From Octopus sinensis (lineage: Eukaryota): a stretch of 64,000 nucleotides of DNA. The notes beneath the pieces are model-generated. The model had not been told where the DNA came from. It made no database searches and worked only from the letters and a program-made list of their open reading frames with translations. The position numbers were made by a program, and so were the translations under genes. Positions 1 to 13,403 of this stretch are shown piece after piece (the first letter of the stretch is position 1; each line of letters opens with the position of its first letter). The stretch lies in assembly GCF_006345805.1 (NCBI RefSeq), contig NC_043000.1:157232001-157296000 (forward strand), read 5' to 3'.

Positions 1-2761
1 AGTTGCTTGAGAGCAACGCGACACTCGCGGTGCCATTCGCCCTTCCTCGGCCTCTTTTTATCCACGACTGCAGTTCGGTCATGGAGACGAGCTGCGGGAA
101 AGCGTGCCTCACAAACGGCGACCACACCTGTTCACCGTCGTCTACATAGAGCCAGAGATGTCGCAGTCTCAGCGCGTGTCTGCGCATCATCAACCACGGC
201 ATGCCCAGCCCTCCTTTTAACGGGTGTTGACACAGCAATGGATCGCCTGACCATCGGGACGCATCCTTTCCACAAGAAGCGAAAGAGGATGCGTTGTAGT
301 TTGGTGATGGTAGGGTCGGGACAAGGTACGACGGTCAGGCGTAGTAGATGACGGACGCGATGTACGTGTTCCGCCACCTCCGCTCGACCTTTTAGGGACA
401 GTTTCCTCTCGGCCCATTGCCGGGCGAGAGTGACCACCCTACTCGTTATCTCGTTCCAGTTCTTCTCCACTTGGAGGTCCGGACCAAACCAGACCCCCGA
501 GCAACTCAACCGGGCCGTCGGTCCAGCGTCCCACGACGGAGGCGCTGGTGGACGGCATGGGCTTGCTTCTCCAGGTGCCTAGTCGCAAGCCCACTGACTT
601 TTCCCGGTTGATTTTCGCTCCTGTCACCGCTTCGTAGTTTTTTCAGTGTCTCGCCGACCAGCTCGATGTGCTCGTGCTAGACACTATGACGGTGACGTCG
701 TCCGCGTATGCAGACACGCTCGTCCCGCATCCCAATTCTCGCGGGATGCCCCTTAGAGTCGCCAGCTTCCGCAGTAGTGGCTCAAGAGTCAATACGTATA
801 GAAGCGCCGAGAGGGGGCATCCCTGACGGACCGAACGTGCAATGTCGAAAGGTCTCGATAGATGTCCATTTACGCGAATACGCGAATTACCGAACGATGC
901 CTCTGTACAAGGCAGCTATCCAGCCGCGGAAGGACGGGACCGAAACCAGCCGCTCTCAGGACTGCCTCCAAGTATCGATGGTCTACCCTATCAAGGCTTT
1001 TGATTGATCCAAGTTGATCAGGGCCCCACCCATGCCAGGTTCGTTAACTACCACCCTGTCTATGATGTAGCGCATCAGATGGAGGTTGTCATGGATGGTC
1101 CCGCCTGGCACGGCGCATGTTTGCGCCTTGTCGACCAGTTTCTCGATGACAAGCGCCAACCTCTTGGCTAGCACCTTGGCCAAAATTTTCAAGTCTGCAT
1201 TAAGCAGAGTGATGGGCCTAAAGTTATCTATTACATTTCCCTTGTTTAGATCTTTCTTCCAGCAGTGTTACGGCCCTCGGCCCACAAAACCAGGAATGCT
1301 CCCGTTTTGCTGCCAGTTGCAGTACACCGCCGCCAAGAGATCTCCAAACAAGTCTGGCATACAATTGTAAAGCTCGTAGGGTAGACCATCCAAACCCGGT
1401 GATTTGTCCCTCGAGCATTCTGCCATCGCTTCCCGCACTTCCGCCGCCGTGATGGCACCTTCGCAGCACCCTGCCTTTCTTGTCGAGAGTCGTGGTAGGC
1501 TATGTAGGTAGGCACTGAAGTCCACCCTACGTTCTTGCCCTCCACTCGTTCCGAACAGTCGGGCAAAATGCTGCTGAAAGGCCTCACACATTTTACTTGG
1601 CTCGAGCAATTCGCGCCCCTGTTCATCTACCAGTGACCGAATGGTGGCTTTGTTGCCCTGTTGCGCCTCTGCCACCCGGGCCTCTCTCGCGGCTCCAACA
1701 CCTTCGTTCCTTAGAGCACGCATCCTAGCTCTGACAGCACATCCTTCGTGTTTGGCGTTGAAGTGTTGGTCGAGGGCCAACCTCGCCGCCAAAACGTCGG
1801 ATGCGATGCCGCTTCTAATTGCCTCTTCTAGCTTCTTAACTAGCTCACCCTCTACTCTATTTCTATCTATGGCTAGTGCTTTGCTGTACCTAATCGCTTC
1901 TGCTTTTACTGCTCTCTTGAGGGCAAACCACCATTTGTTTTGATGATGGCTCCCGTCAAAGCCCTCTTTACTAGTGTGCTAATCCGGTCTCTGAAACTTG
2001 TCTCGATGGAAAGACGCGTTTAGTTTCCAGTATCCGGGACCCTGCCTAAGTGTCTTACCTAAGTCTAGCGTACATGTCACAAGTTTGTGATCCGTGTAGC
2101 TGACTATGTGGAATTGTGGACATCCTATGCTATCTCTATCTACTGTCCTACACAGTATCCTATCTAGATACGATCTCGACGACCCGATGCGGTTGCTCCA
2201 TGTCCACGTTGCGCATTCGGGTGGTCTAGTCGAAACCTGTCAGACAGTTGAAAGCGTCTGAGCAGGTCTCTGAGGCATTTGCATCCCCGTCTATTCCTAT
2301 CTCTACCCACGTAGTCTACATGCGTGTCCAAGGTAGCATTCCAATCCCCCCTAAGAGTAAAGGACGAGACGTTCCCAAGAAAACTTCTAGACGTTGAAAG
2401 AAATCCGCCCGACCTGTTAAGGGCGGTGCGTAAACTGATACGAGCCGAAAAGCGCACCCATTGCTGCCGTCGACATCCAGGACGACCAGTCTACCCTCCG
2501 GGTCTACGAATATTGTCCTTACATGAGATCCAGACTCTTGTGAAAAAGTACCGCGGTGCCACTACCGCCCATTCTCGGCAGACAGGGGGAAAAATAAATG
2601 TTGAACTGTCCGCCAAACATGGTCTTTAGGGCCCGCGGATTGTGGAGTCTGTCTCGCTTATGGCTATGATTTCTTCTATGATTGACTTTATGTCATTTAG
2701 AGGTACCCTTGTTTCCAAGGGGACCCCAAGCCACGCGCATTTACACAACCATCTTGATCAT
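1..2761 (-). pseudogene. Tx1/L1-clade LINE ORF2 (APE endonuclease + reverse transcriptase), frameshifted; runs off the window start
   Basis: Minus-strand translation across frameshifts. Start MIK.GCVNARGLGSPWKQGY (ATG 2761-2759). APE motifs IIAISET, LVSVYAP, GDWNATLD, SYLDRI, YTDHKLV, GPGYWKLN. RT motifs KSPGLDGLPYELY, KILAKVLAKRL, LDQSKA, RQGCPLS, AYADDVT (YADD at 697-708), TGAKINREKS. Confidence 0.92.
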
Positions 2762-3000
2762 AGTTCTAATGAATTAGAATACAGAGGGTTACTTACTGCT
2801 CGAAAGTTTTTGCTTTCTCCTCCGTTGGTTTGTCCTCGAGAAGATCCCAGTACAGTTTCTTTGTGAGATATTTTTGCATTGACCAACGCCACTGGGGAAA
2901 ATGCCTTTGAGTGTGTGGTGCAACTTTTGGAGATGTGTATTATTTTGATGTGGTCTGGTGGTGTTGTGTATGGGTGGTTGTTTGTTTTTATGTCATCTTC
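1..3000 (-). mobile_element. 5'-truncated Tx1/L1-like LINE (ORF2 plus a probable ORF1 tail at ~2762-3000)
   Basis: GC-balanced block ending abruptly at the (TAGA)n array at 3001. The sequence upstream of the ORF2 ATG has stop-free stretches but no recognisable domain. Confidence 0.8.
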
Positions 3001-3001
3001 T

Positions 3002-3153
<152 letters not shown>

Positions 3154-4248
3154 TAGTGATATATGTATGTATATATACCGTATTTGCTAGTGTATAAGAC
3201 TTAGACTTTTATTCTTAAATGCATCAGAACACTGCATAGCTTCTAATAGGATCGCATTATAGCTGGAAGACCGAGTATTATAGACAAGGGAACCGGAAAA
3301 GCATAGCTGCGCTAGGTACAATAATTCTTAGTAATAACAAAATATTGAAAACACGCCAAAATATTACAAGATCGGCAATTATGTGGCGATGTTACATCAT
3401 CATGGTACGTTCTTCCCCCACATACATAAGCCACATTTGTTATTATCTGTCTTACATTATTTAATGAATTTGTTGCATTTACGAAACATTGTTTTTAATT
3501 AGGTAAATGAAAAATGCTCTGCGAGGATGAAAAGAATGCTAGCATGCTGTCATCCACCCGTCAGCTATTTGCAATGAGTGGATAACAAGGAAGCCATTGC
3601 AACAGTGCGCCAAACTGCTGGGTGATTGCGGATATAGAGAACAGCATAGCCAAAACCACAAGTCTTACATCCTGTATAGCACTTCTCTTGACCAAAATAT
3701 GAACAATTATTCAGTTGATCTAAATGTTGAGATACGAAATTCTCACAACGTAGTATATTTATGATAAATTTATGGTTTCGCAATTTCTTCCTGTATACAG
3801 TTACAGCGTTGTATTTACATATTTTCCTGCGCAGAATCCTTCCTTTCCCAACCCCATCCCACAAAACCCACTTTAAAATGCTTTCCAATAAGTGTATGAT
3901 GAAATGTGCTGATTTCTCTTTTTTGTTCACAAAATATCATAGTAAGTTAGTGCTGTATATATATATGAAATGTTCAGTAAAGAAAAGAATTACAACTATT
4001 AGTGGTTTGGAGTTTGGCTGCTCTTTCTAGTGAGTCGGATGTCCTATTATGGCCGTCCCTTATATGTTTGAATGTATATTATATAGTCTATTGAGTATTT
4101 TTTCTTTCTCACTTGACCGTTGGTAGCGGAGAATTTTTCTAGAATTTTTTGCTACCCTAAAATTTATTAAATATATATATATATGGGCTCCGTGCGGGCA
4201 GTCATCTAAAAGCTTTTGTGCATCTTGATGCTGACATAAGTTCCTTAC

Positions 4249-4331
4249 TTTTCCTGATGAGAAGGCGGCATAATGCATCCCTTATTACTTCGAAATTAGG
4301 AATATGCAGCCTTCGAAACATATGTCGAAAA
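4249..4331 (+). ncRNA. Minimal type-I hammerhead ribozyme motif (Penelope type), GUC site after 4326
   Basis: Helix I TTTTC(4249-53)/GAAAA(4327-31). CTGATGA 4254-60. Helix II GAAGGCGGCAT/ATGCAGCCTTC with one mismatch. GAAAC 4315-19. Palindromic helix III ACATATGT. GTC. Confidence 0.8.
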
Positions 4332-4544
4332 TAAAATAAAGGAATTTTGTTAATTCGTCGTTCAACTCCATTCTTTCATTTATTTGTATTTAAGAAAACA
4401 CACAAATTTCCACACGATAGCACGTGATCTCTGCCCTAGCCATGTAGCTTCAACCGTGTTTTTATGAGGTGAATTTGCTACCCAGGTATCGGTTAACCGA
4501 ATTATCCATAATAAGATAATTCATTCAACTACTATATATATATA

Positions 4545-4616
<72 letters not shown>

Positions 4617-4691
4617 TGTTAACCTCGTGAAGGGATGGTTGCATCCAAGGAAATACTAATTCAATACTGGTTCAATATGAAATTCCTTTAA

Positions 4692-4808
4692 CCCTTTGAG
4701 CACGTAACACCGGTTTACAGGTGAATGGTTTATTTTTCTCTATGCCGTAGCTCCGGTTATGAGCCAGGTGTATTGTAAAATAAAGTTCAGAAGTCAGGGC
4801 TCAAAGGG
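4692..4808. mobile_element. piggyBac-type MITE (117 bp)
   Basis: TIR CCCTTTGAGC/GCTCAAAGGG flanked by TTAA on both sides (4688-4691, 4809-4812). Confidence 0.8.
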
Positions 4809-4846
4809 TTAAGCATATTATTTATATCCAATTAAAAGAATAAACG

Positions 4847-5246
4847 AAAATGGAGAGAAAGAAGTTAACAATTATTATAAACAAATTGGTCATCTTCGCT
4901 TCTTACGGCCGTTTCAGTTGATACTCAATAATGTAATTACAAATGTGTACATAAAATTTGTATTTATGCGACATGAGCATAATTTCACGAGAGAAATAAA
5001 GATATACATTGGGATGCTATATGTGGACCTATCAATTCATTTCAGCAGGCTCGGTCTTAGTTTTCGTCTTCAGCTCGAGGTATATCTATTTTTTTCTCTG
5101 ATGAAATTATGCTCATGTCACATACATGCAAATTTTATGTACAAATTTGTAATTAAATTATTGAGTATTAATTGAAACGGCCGTAAGAAGCAAAGGCGAC
5201 CAATTTGTTAATAATAAGTAATTGTTATTATCCTTATCTCCATTTT
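4847..5246. repeat. Imperfect fold-back (~160-bp arms 4847-5007 and 5080-5246), probably inverted Penelope-LTR pieces
   Basis: The arms align as reverse complements along their length, with scattered substitutions and indels. Each arm carries a hammerhead-like motif. Confidence 0.85.
5093..5190 (+). ncRNA. Minimal type-I hammerhead ribozyme motif, GUA site after 5185
   Basis: Helix I TTTCT/AGAAG. CTGATGA 5098-5104. Helix II AATTATGCTCA/TGAGTATTAATT with one bulge. GAAAC 5174-78. Helix III ACGGCCGT. GTA. Confidence 0.75.
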
Positions 5247-5274
5247 CTTTTCTTTTCTAAACATTATATATATG

Positions 5275-5327
<53 letters not shown>

Positions 5328-5365
5328 GTGTGTACTATATATACGTATCTATCTATCTATCTATA

Positions 5366-5403
<38 letters not shown>

Positions 5404-5454
5404 CTATCTATCTATCTATCTATCTATCTACCCTCTCTCTCGCTCCTCTCTCTC

Positions 5455-5499
<45 letters not shown>

Positions 5500-5673
5500 A
5501 TATATAAGTTATATTTAAAATTGAAGTTTAGATAGGAGATTTTAAAATGTACTATCCAAAACTTTTTTGGGGTATATCCCTAGTCGTGTGCCTTGCGAGC
5601 ACGCTTACTACTTACGGCTACCAGGCGTCATCCACGAGATTGCAGTATCAATAATTTTATATGTGTGTGTGTC

Positions 5674-5708
<35 letters not shown>

Positions 5709-5734
5709 CTGTCTGTCTGTCTGTATGTGGAAGC

Positions 5735-5912
5735 GGGGGTATGAACATCCCGTGCTTTAAAAATCCCCCAAGGAAAAAGTCGCAAATCATTAGATCGGAG
5801 GACGTAGGGTGGAGTGAGGGATACCATCGATGCTCATTCACCCCAGCGCGGTCAATCCAGGGCTCCAGAAGATGTTGGTTGACGTTATCGCGTAAGTGCC
5901 TATGTAAATACA
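5735..5912 (-). mobile_element. Tc1/mariner-superfamily transposase fragment
   Basis: WYPSLHPTSSDLMICDFFLGGFLKHGMFIPPLP is a decayed WPPRSPDLTPCDFFLWG motif. Confidence 0.65.
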
Positions 5913-5960
5913 TTTTGAATAACTCTCTCTCTCACACTTTCTCTCTTTCTCTCTCTCACA

Positions 5961-5995
<35 letters not shown>

Positions 5996-6015
5996 CACTA
6001 ATATATATGTATGTG

Positions 6016-6046
<31 letters not shown>

Positions 6047-6582
6047 ATATGTATATATACGTGTATATATACGTAAATAAATATTTATATATATATACAC
6101 ACACACATACATATATACATACATACACATTATACATTATATACATATGTATATACATACATGCATATATATATAAACATATATATATATATATGCACGT
6201 ACACACGCACATATACGTACATGCATTCATACGTATATGTGCGTGTGTGTGTGAATGTTTTTGTAAGTGTGTGTTTCTAATTATACATACATACATACAT
6301 GGATATACACTGTTAATTTACAATGAAATACTATAATAGAGCATATTTTCCCATGACCATCATAGGAAACCGGAAAGCAACCAAGTGCTTGCGTCCGTTT
6401 TTCCAATACTATTTTAGGAGAATGGAGGTTGGCAGGTTAAATTAAGGAGTTCCAAAAGCGGATTCTTTTAGCAACACTTAGACAACGTCATCATTGGATG
6501 GTATCAAAAACTAATGTCATTTCAAGTGCTTAACCAAACCTTAAGAAAAAAAAAACCCAGATACACCCTCCCCTGTACTACT

Positions 6583-6641
<59 letters not shown>

Positions 6642-6651
6642 AATAATAATA

Positions 6652-6853
6652 ATTTCAAATTTTGCCGCAAGGCCAGAAATTCCGAGGAGAGGTTAAGTCG
6701 ATTACATCGACCCCAGTGCTCAACTGATAGTTATTTTAAAGATACTGAATGACCAGGTCGACCTCGGTGGAATTGGAGCTCAGAACACGATGACAGACGA
6801 AATGCCGTTAAGCATTTCGTCCAATGTGCTAACGGTTCTGCCAGCTCACCACT
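6652..6853 (-). mobile_element. SINE family B copy
   Basis: Reverse complement of the GGCGGCGAGCTGGCAGAA...GAGTTCAAATTCCGCCGAGGTCGAC...GGGGTCGATGTAATCGAC repeat seen many times in the window. Confidence 0.75.
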
Positions 6854-6930
<77 letters not shown>

Positions 6931-6931
<1 letters not shown>

Positions 6932-8030
6932 ATTCTTTATTAACTACTAAAGGTTTATATAAAATACATCATGGGCAACACAGGACTAAAACAACGTGGG
7001 GTTACAACAAAGAAAAACAAAAGCAATAATCGAATATAACAACAAAATTCCTCAGAAAAGGGAGACCTCCTAGGAGTGCACATGAAAACCCCACAAGTCC
7101 ACAATAGTCCTGACCCCCAGGGTAAGTGCCCTTTCGCTTTGCTTATAGGTGCATGCTTAGGGTAGCCCCATTCACTCGGGCCATTCTTGCGACATTCACC
7201 TATCTTTTAACAAAATTGCGGTGGGGAGCAGAACCTCCCTCTCTACTCTCACCCCCTTTTCGAGTGAAACTTGAAAAGCTGATGAGGGCTTGGCCAAAGA
7301 GAAAAGTATCTGTCATCAGCCCTTTCAACCTCGTCCACCACACAACTTCTTTTGCTAAGGCCACCAGGAAAAGAAAAACAGTCTGCCCTTCCCAGCCAAT
7401 GGACTCAACCGATAGCTGGATTCGTCCTACACGCAACAGCAGGTGTTCGACATAAACCTACAACTCAGAAATATTCCGGCAATGAACGAGAGCGTGCAGA
7501 ACGATTTCGTCGCTCTCCGCGTATCTCGGGCAAGTCCGACTCAATGCTCTTCCGTGCCTGTAAAACTCGAACAGTCATTGCCCCCCACCCCAATAGCACT
7601 GCCAGACCAAGGATTTCTGGAAATTATCCATAGGCCGCGGTCCAGCCCGAAAGTTCTCCGGAACAGACCAGCCAAATCGTTCTTGTCGACGTCCAGTCTC
7701 CCCGAGAACGCCGCCGCCCTTACCTGCTCTAACCCTCTATAGAACGCCATGGTGGAATTTCCACCGACCGCATTGCCTGACTAATTGAGGAGTGTGAGCG
7801 CCTGACGATGCTATAGGCGCCGAGAACACTTCCTCGGTCTATGTGTTATCCAGAACTACAGTTCAGTCAAAGAAACAAGCTGTAGGAAATCGCATCTGAC
7901 AAACGGTGACCGCACTTGTTCACCGTCTAGGATGCGCTGGAGGTTTCGCAGCCTCAGCACGTGTCTGCGAATCAATAGCCACGGCCAGCCCTCCATTTAG
8001 CGGATGTTGACAGCAAATGGGGCGCCTGTA
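6931..8030 (-). mobile_element. 5'-truncated Tx1/L1-like LINE 3' end (post-RT region, zf-RVT-like motif, 3'UTR)
   Basis: DNFQKSLVWQCY, RTCPRYAESDEIVLHALVHC, FLFLVALAKEVVWWTRLKG; ORF2 stop at 7143-7145. AATAAA lies just before the (ATT)n tract. 7850-8030 aligns with 60-250 of the first LINE. Confidence 0.88.
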
Positions 8031-8847
8031 ATAAAAATGGTTTCTAATTTAGTCACAAGTCAGCAATTTCGAGGAGAAGTGTGATCAGTCAATGTCCTCA
8101 ACAGTAGCACTTGTCTGATACCGTATTTTATCGACCCTTAAGGATATAAAGTTATAATGACGCCTACGAGAACGTAAAGAGCCGGAAGAAATACCGCAAA
8201 TCATTCTGTTGGCGTTTTTTTATATTGATCCGATCCTGCGCATTTCTGTTTCGTTTCCTCTTGGCCTTTATCTGTCACACTTTATCTGTTTCATCTCAGC
8301 AAGTGTTCATACTCGTTTTCTTTTGCTGGTGGTCTTAATTAGTTATGATAGTCATACTTTGTTTGGGGGTAATAAGAGTATATATACTCGCTGTGCCTGA
8401 TTACTTCTTTTATACTGTTCAGCTTCAGTGATTGTATTTTCTTTTTTCTTTTTTCTTTTTTCAATAATCTTCAATAATCTCTCACCTTGTGCTTGTCAGC
8501 GTCATTGCTATGAGATTTCTAAGCGTATTTTTTCTTGCAAATATTTTAGGGTTTTTTCTTGTAATGGATTTGCCATTTCATTTTTGTCTTTTGCATTTTG
8601 ATTTTGGTAGTTCAGATTTGCTAGAAGCCCTCATTGAAAGGTACTCTCGTCGAAGCGACCTTCTACTTGTTATGGGAGTGCGTTTGGTTGACTCAAGGAT
8701 GCGGCACTGTGGCACTTTACCTTGTCGCCTTCTCACAGGCCCGCACCCTACACCTCACTGTAATCGACTTGCACCCTTCCCCAAAATTTCTAGCCTTGGG
8801 CCAAAAATTTGAAATCATCATCATCATCATCATTATTATTATTATTA

Positions 8848-8898
<51 letters not shown>

Positions 8899-8899
8899 A

Positions 8900-9110
8900 G
8901 CAGCGAGCTAGAAGCAACTTAGCACGACGGACAGACCGCTTAGCAGCATTTCGTTCGTCTCTGTTCCCATTTTAAATTCTACCACAATCGACTTTGCCTT
9001 TCATCCTTTTGGGCTCGATAAAATACGTATCATTTGAGCACTGGGGTCGTTCTAATCGACTAAGTCCTGCCCTCGAACTGCTGGTCTTGAACCAAAATAT
9101 GAAACCATTA
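8900..9110 (+). mobile_element. SINE family B copy (decayed)
   Basis: Same head and GGGGTCGTTCTAATCGAC core as 27322-27548. Confidence 0.65.
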
Positions 9111-9650
9111 ACATTACTGATGAGGTAGCACAGCTGTTACCACCCCTATCTGCTCGGCAGATTAGGTATGACCTGGATATTGATGTATTGAGATGGGTCC
9201 ATTTTCAGAGATTCCTAGAGTTTGAAAGGTGCGGGTAATATTCGTGAAGCACCTCTTTATGCAGCTCGTCTTCTTGTGAAGCAGACGTCATGATGAACTC
9301 GGCTGCAAGCTGGATCCGTGCTATATGCGACACCAACAGTTCAACGTAACTCCACATGCAAGTGAAGCTCTCTACATGTGCTGCACCGCAGCGCATCAGC
9401 AAAAAGAGTTCACTCGATTTGCGTTATAAGTCACAGGTCAGTGATTCACTTCGTTTCCAGATGATCCAGGTACATGGTATTAATAAGCAACAATAACGGT
9501 CAGTGACATTCAAGTGTCCTTTAGCACTCGGTGTCACGTAGGGAACTCTCTCCGCAGCAAATTTGATGTATAAACAAAACATACACACTATGTATGTGCG
9601 ACCAATACTCTTTAAGCTGCTTTTAATTTGTAACATATATATATATATAT

Positions 9651-9701
<51 letters not shown>

Positions 9702-10683
9702 CAGCCGAAATTGCGAGGATGATCCGGTCTTGACAGAAGATTGAAGGCTTTGAATGTCCCGTCCGTGTTTTTTGTATCGTCTTCTAAATGTTTTGCGTTC
9801 TTGTCCCAGTTTGTATTTACACACACACACACACACACACACATACACACACACACACCACATACACACACACACCACACACACACACACAACACACACA
9901 CACACACACACAACAACACACACACACACACACACAGAGGTTTAGCATAAAATCAACTGGAAATCTGATATTATAAAAAAGTTATTACGCATATATTTTA
10001 AGAATCATTACTCATAACGTGTTTATAATTTTTTTTCCTATACTCTAACACAGGGAAAGAAAAACAAAGAACATGGAGTTAAAAAGAAAAGAAGATAATC
10101 ACTTTATATTCTATAGTTATATTATTATCTTCTGCCTTTTCCCTTGAGATGGTGGAAACATTTCGTGAATTTATTTGTCTTGTCTATTTGAAATACTTCG
10201 TGTATATTCCATATAACTGATTGTTGTCAGAAGAATATAAAACAATAAACATTTTCTGTTTGGAGCGAACGATTCGCTAAAGAAAAAAAAATAATACAAA
10301 GACGAGTAAAAATTCCCCACCACCACTAAAAACGATAGAAAGAAATCAGTAACAGTAACCAAAGTAGTGTTATTGTTATATTTGGACAAGAGGCTGAAGA
10401 ACGATGTAAGTGGCCTCGTTCTGTAAAAGGATTGTCATTGATGGATCCGACGTAATACGTCCGGAATTATTTTTAGGAAATACAACCTCCGGCTGCTCTC
10501 TAAATTCTTTTCTCCGTTTCTAGCAGACTTTACAATCGCTAAAAATAAATATGTATAGAAAGGTAGAAATGGGTGGGGGAATATGCCTATGTAAGAACGT
10601 TCATCCTAACATACATGCATACTTGCACACACACACACACACGTATGTATATATGTTTGTATGTATGTATGTACCTATATTGC

Positions 10684-10825
<142 letters not shown>

Positions 10826-11162
10826 ACCTACCTATCAGCTAATATATAATACATACACCACACATGTGTGTGTGTGTGTGTGTGCTAATATATAATACAT
10901 ACACACACATGTGTGTGTGTGTGCATGTGTGTGTGTGTGTGCGTCTTAGTATTTATGATTGCCCCCAGCACCGTTTGATACCTGATGTTGGTTAGTTTAC
11001 GCCCACAAAAAAACTTAGCATTTCGTCAAAAGCAACCGACAGGAGTACCCAGCTACAAAAAAAAAATTATAAGTTCTGGAGTGGATTCGTTCTACTCAGT
11101 CACTTGAAGGCAATGCTCTAGCATGGCTGCAGTCGACTGACTGAATTAAGTAGATAAAAGAT

Positions 11163-11201
<39 letters not shown>

Positions 11202-11205
11202 CACT

Positions 11206-11236
<31 letters not shown>

Positions 11237-11237
<1 letters not shown>

Positions 11238-11734
11238 GTAATACCTCACTTTACGAGACCCCGGGTTTACGTGTATTATTTTTCAAGCAGAAGATCCAAA
11301 TTTTGAACGAAGCGCAGAAGTTTCTACTGCAATAGCAAATGCTTCTGTTAGTTGCCGAGAAATTTATAGAGAGCGAAGAAAAACTTCTAAGTAAACAACT
11401 CTAGACTTGATATTTAAAGAGAAATCTACAAGTCCGTCCACGAGTGCTTGTGAATCGGCGTTTGCATCTATAATTGATGGTATGAAGGAGTCTAGTGCGA
11501 GTCAAAGTGATTCAGAGAACGATTATAGTAATATTCTTTTATTATAAATGATTTTGACATTCCTTTTACTTTACATAAAATATTCTTTACATTCTGTTGT
11601 TTTATTGCCATTTATTTACGAGTCTTATAAATTACGATTGCATTGCTACTATGGGAAATTATTGTTCTGCTTTACGAGTTTTCGCTTTACGAGCCATCTG
11701 CGGGAACAAATTCACTCGCATATCGAGCATTACT
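11237..11734 (+). mobile_element. Internally deleted pogo/Tigger-like DNA transposon
   Basis: Imperfect TIRs AGTAATACCTCACTTTACGAG / CTCGCATATCGAGCATTACT. Internal peptide FQAEDPNFERSAEVSTAIANASVSCREIYRERRKTSK*TTLD resembles the Tigger transposase C-terminus. Confidence 0.65.
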
Positions 11735-11736
11735 TA

Positions 11737-11770
<34 letters not shown>

Positions 11771-11938
11771 ACACGCACACGCACACACACATACGCACAT
11801 ACATACATACATACATACACACATACATACATACATATATATATTCCCAGATATATTATAAGTACGCGCATATTTAGATGGCTGCATACAGATACACATA
11901 GATTGAAACACACACCTATATGTACATATAAATATACC

Positions 11939-11960
11939 TATGCATATATATTCAAATATG

Positions 11961-12000
<40 letters not shown>

Positions 12001-12022
12001 CATATTTGAATATATATGCATA
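11939..12022. repeat. 84-bp palindrome with a (TA)n centre
   Basis: TATGCATATATATTCAAATATGTAA-(TA)n-TTACATATTTGAATATATATGCATA. Confidence 0.9.
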
Positions 12023-12031
12023 AGTATATTC

Positions 12032-12072
<41 letters not shown>

Positions 12073-12192
12073 ATATTCATCTATATATATAATATATATA
12101 ATTATATATATAAATATAATATAATAAAATATAACATGATATGATATGATATAATATAATATAATATAATATAATATTATATTATATATACA

Positions 12193-12238
<46 letters not shown>

Positions 12239-12271
12239 CTATCTATCTATCTATCTATCTATCTATATATC

Positions 12272-12313
<42 letters not shown>

Positions 12314-12326
12314 AACATACGTATAG

Positions 12327-12365
<39 letters not shown>

Positions 12366-12374
12366 AGATAGATA

Positions 12375-12420
<46 letters not shown>

Positions 12421-12994
12421 TTAAGATCTAAGTATAGTTGTATTTGATCCATATATCTGTTTTCTTGTTTTTTGTTTTTCTTCCTATTTCGAAGTTGAAA
12501 ACCCAACGGAAATGCTCTCGTCCTTCCCAGGAAGACGTCAGCTCTTTAGATTTTAGCATGTGATACTTGTTTATTTCGAGCGATTGTAACTTCCATTCGC
12601 GTAGAGATTGCTTTTTCATTTCCTTTTCTTTTTTGTTCTTTACTTTTTATCTGGTCAACTTCTTTCTACGTCATATATATTTTCATGCACGCATACATAC
12701 ATACATACATACATACATACATACATACATACATACATACATACATACATACATACATACATGCATGCATGCATAGAAACACCCTCCTGGACACAGAAAG
12801 AAATACCTATAATAAAAGAAATACCTATAATATCCGAAAGTAAGGGTGATCGTTGACTTAATGCTTAAAGGTTTTTTTAACATATATATCTATATCTAAA
12901 AGGAACACACACACACGCAGACACGCGGACACACACACACACTCAAAGAGAAGAAGAAAGAGAGGGAGACAAAGGGAGATGATATATATATATA

Positions 12995-13403
12995 GGCTCA
13001 GGAGTGGCTGTGTGGTAAGTAGCTTGTCTACCAACCACATGGTTCCGGGTTCGATCCCACTGCGTGGCACTTTGGGCAAGTGTCTTCTACTATAGCCTCG
13101 GGCCGACCAAAGCCTTGTGAGTGGATTTGGTAGACGGAAACTGAAAGAAGCCCGTCGTATATATGTATATATGTATATATGCATGTGTGTGTTTGTGTGT
13201 CTGTGTTTGTCCCCCTAGCATTGCTTGACAACCGATGCTGGTGTGTTTATGTCCCCGTTACTTAGCGGTTCGGTAAAAGAGACCGATAGAATAAGTACTA
13301 GGTTTCCAAAGAATAAGTCCTGGGGTCGAGTTGCTCGATTAAAGGCGGTGCTCCAGCATGGCCACAATCAAATGACTGAAACAAGTAAAAGAGTAAAAGA
13401 GTA
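12995..13403 (+). mobile_element. tRNA-derived SINE family A, full length
   Basis: A-box-like TGGCTGTGTGG and B-box GGTTCGATCCC, internal (TA/TG)n, (GAGTAAAA)n tail. Homologous copies at 30180, 46611, 47340, 50609 and 55865. Confidence 0.85.

Noticed and set aside
3565-3930. 121-aa Cys-containing ORF
   Set aside because: No recognisable domain or convincing splice context; this length is possible by chance.
9117-9141. CTGATGA-GGTAGC acagct GTTACC
   Set aside because: The GAAA half of the core is missing; at most a deleted relic.
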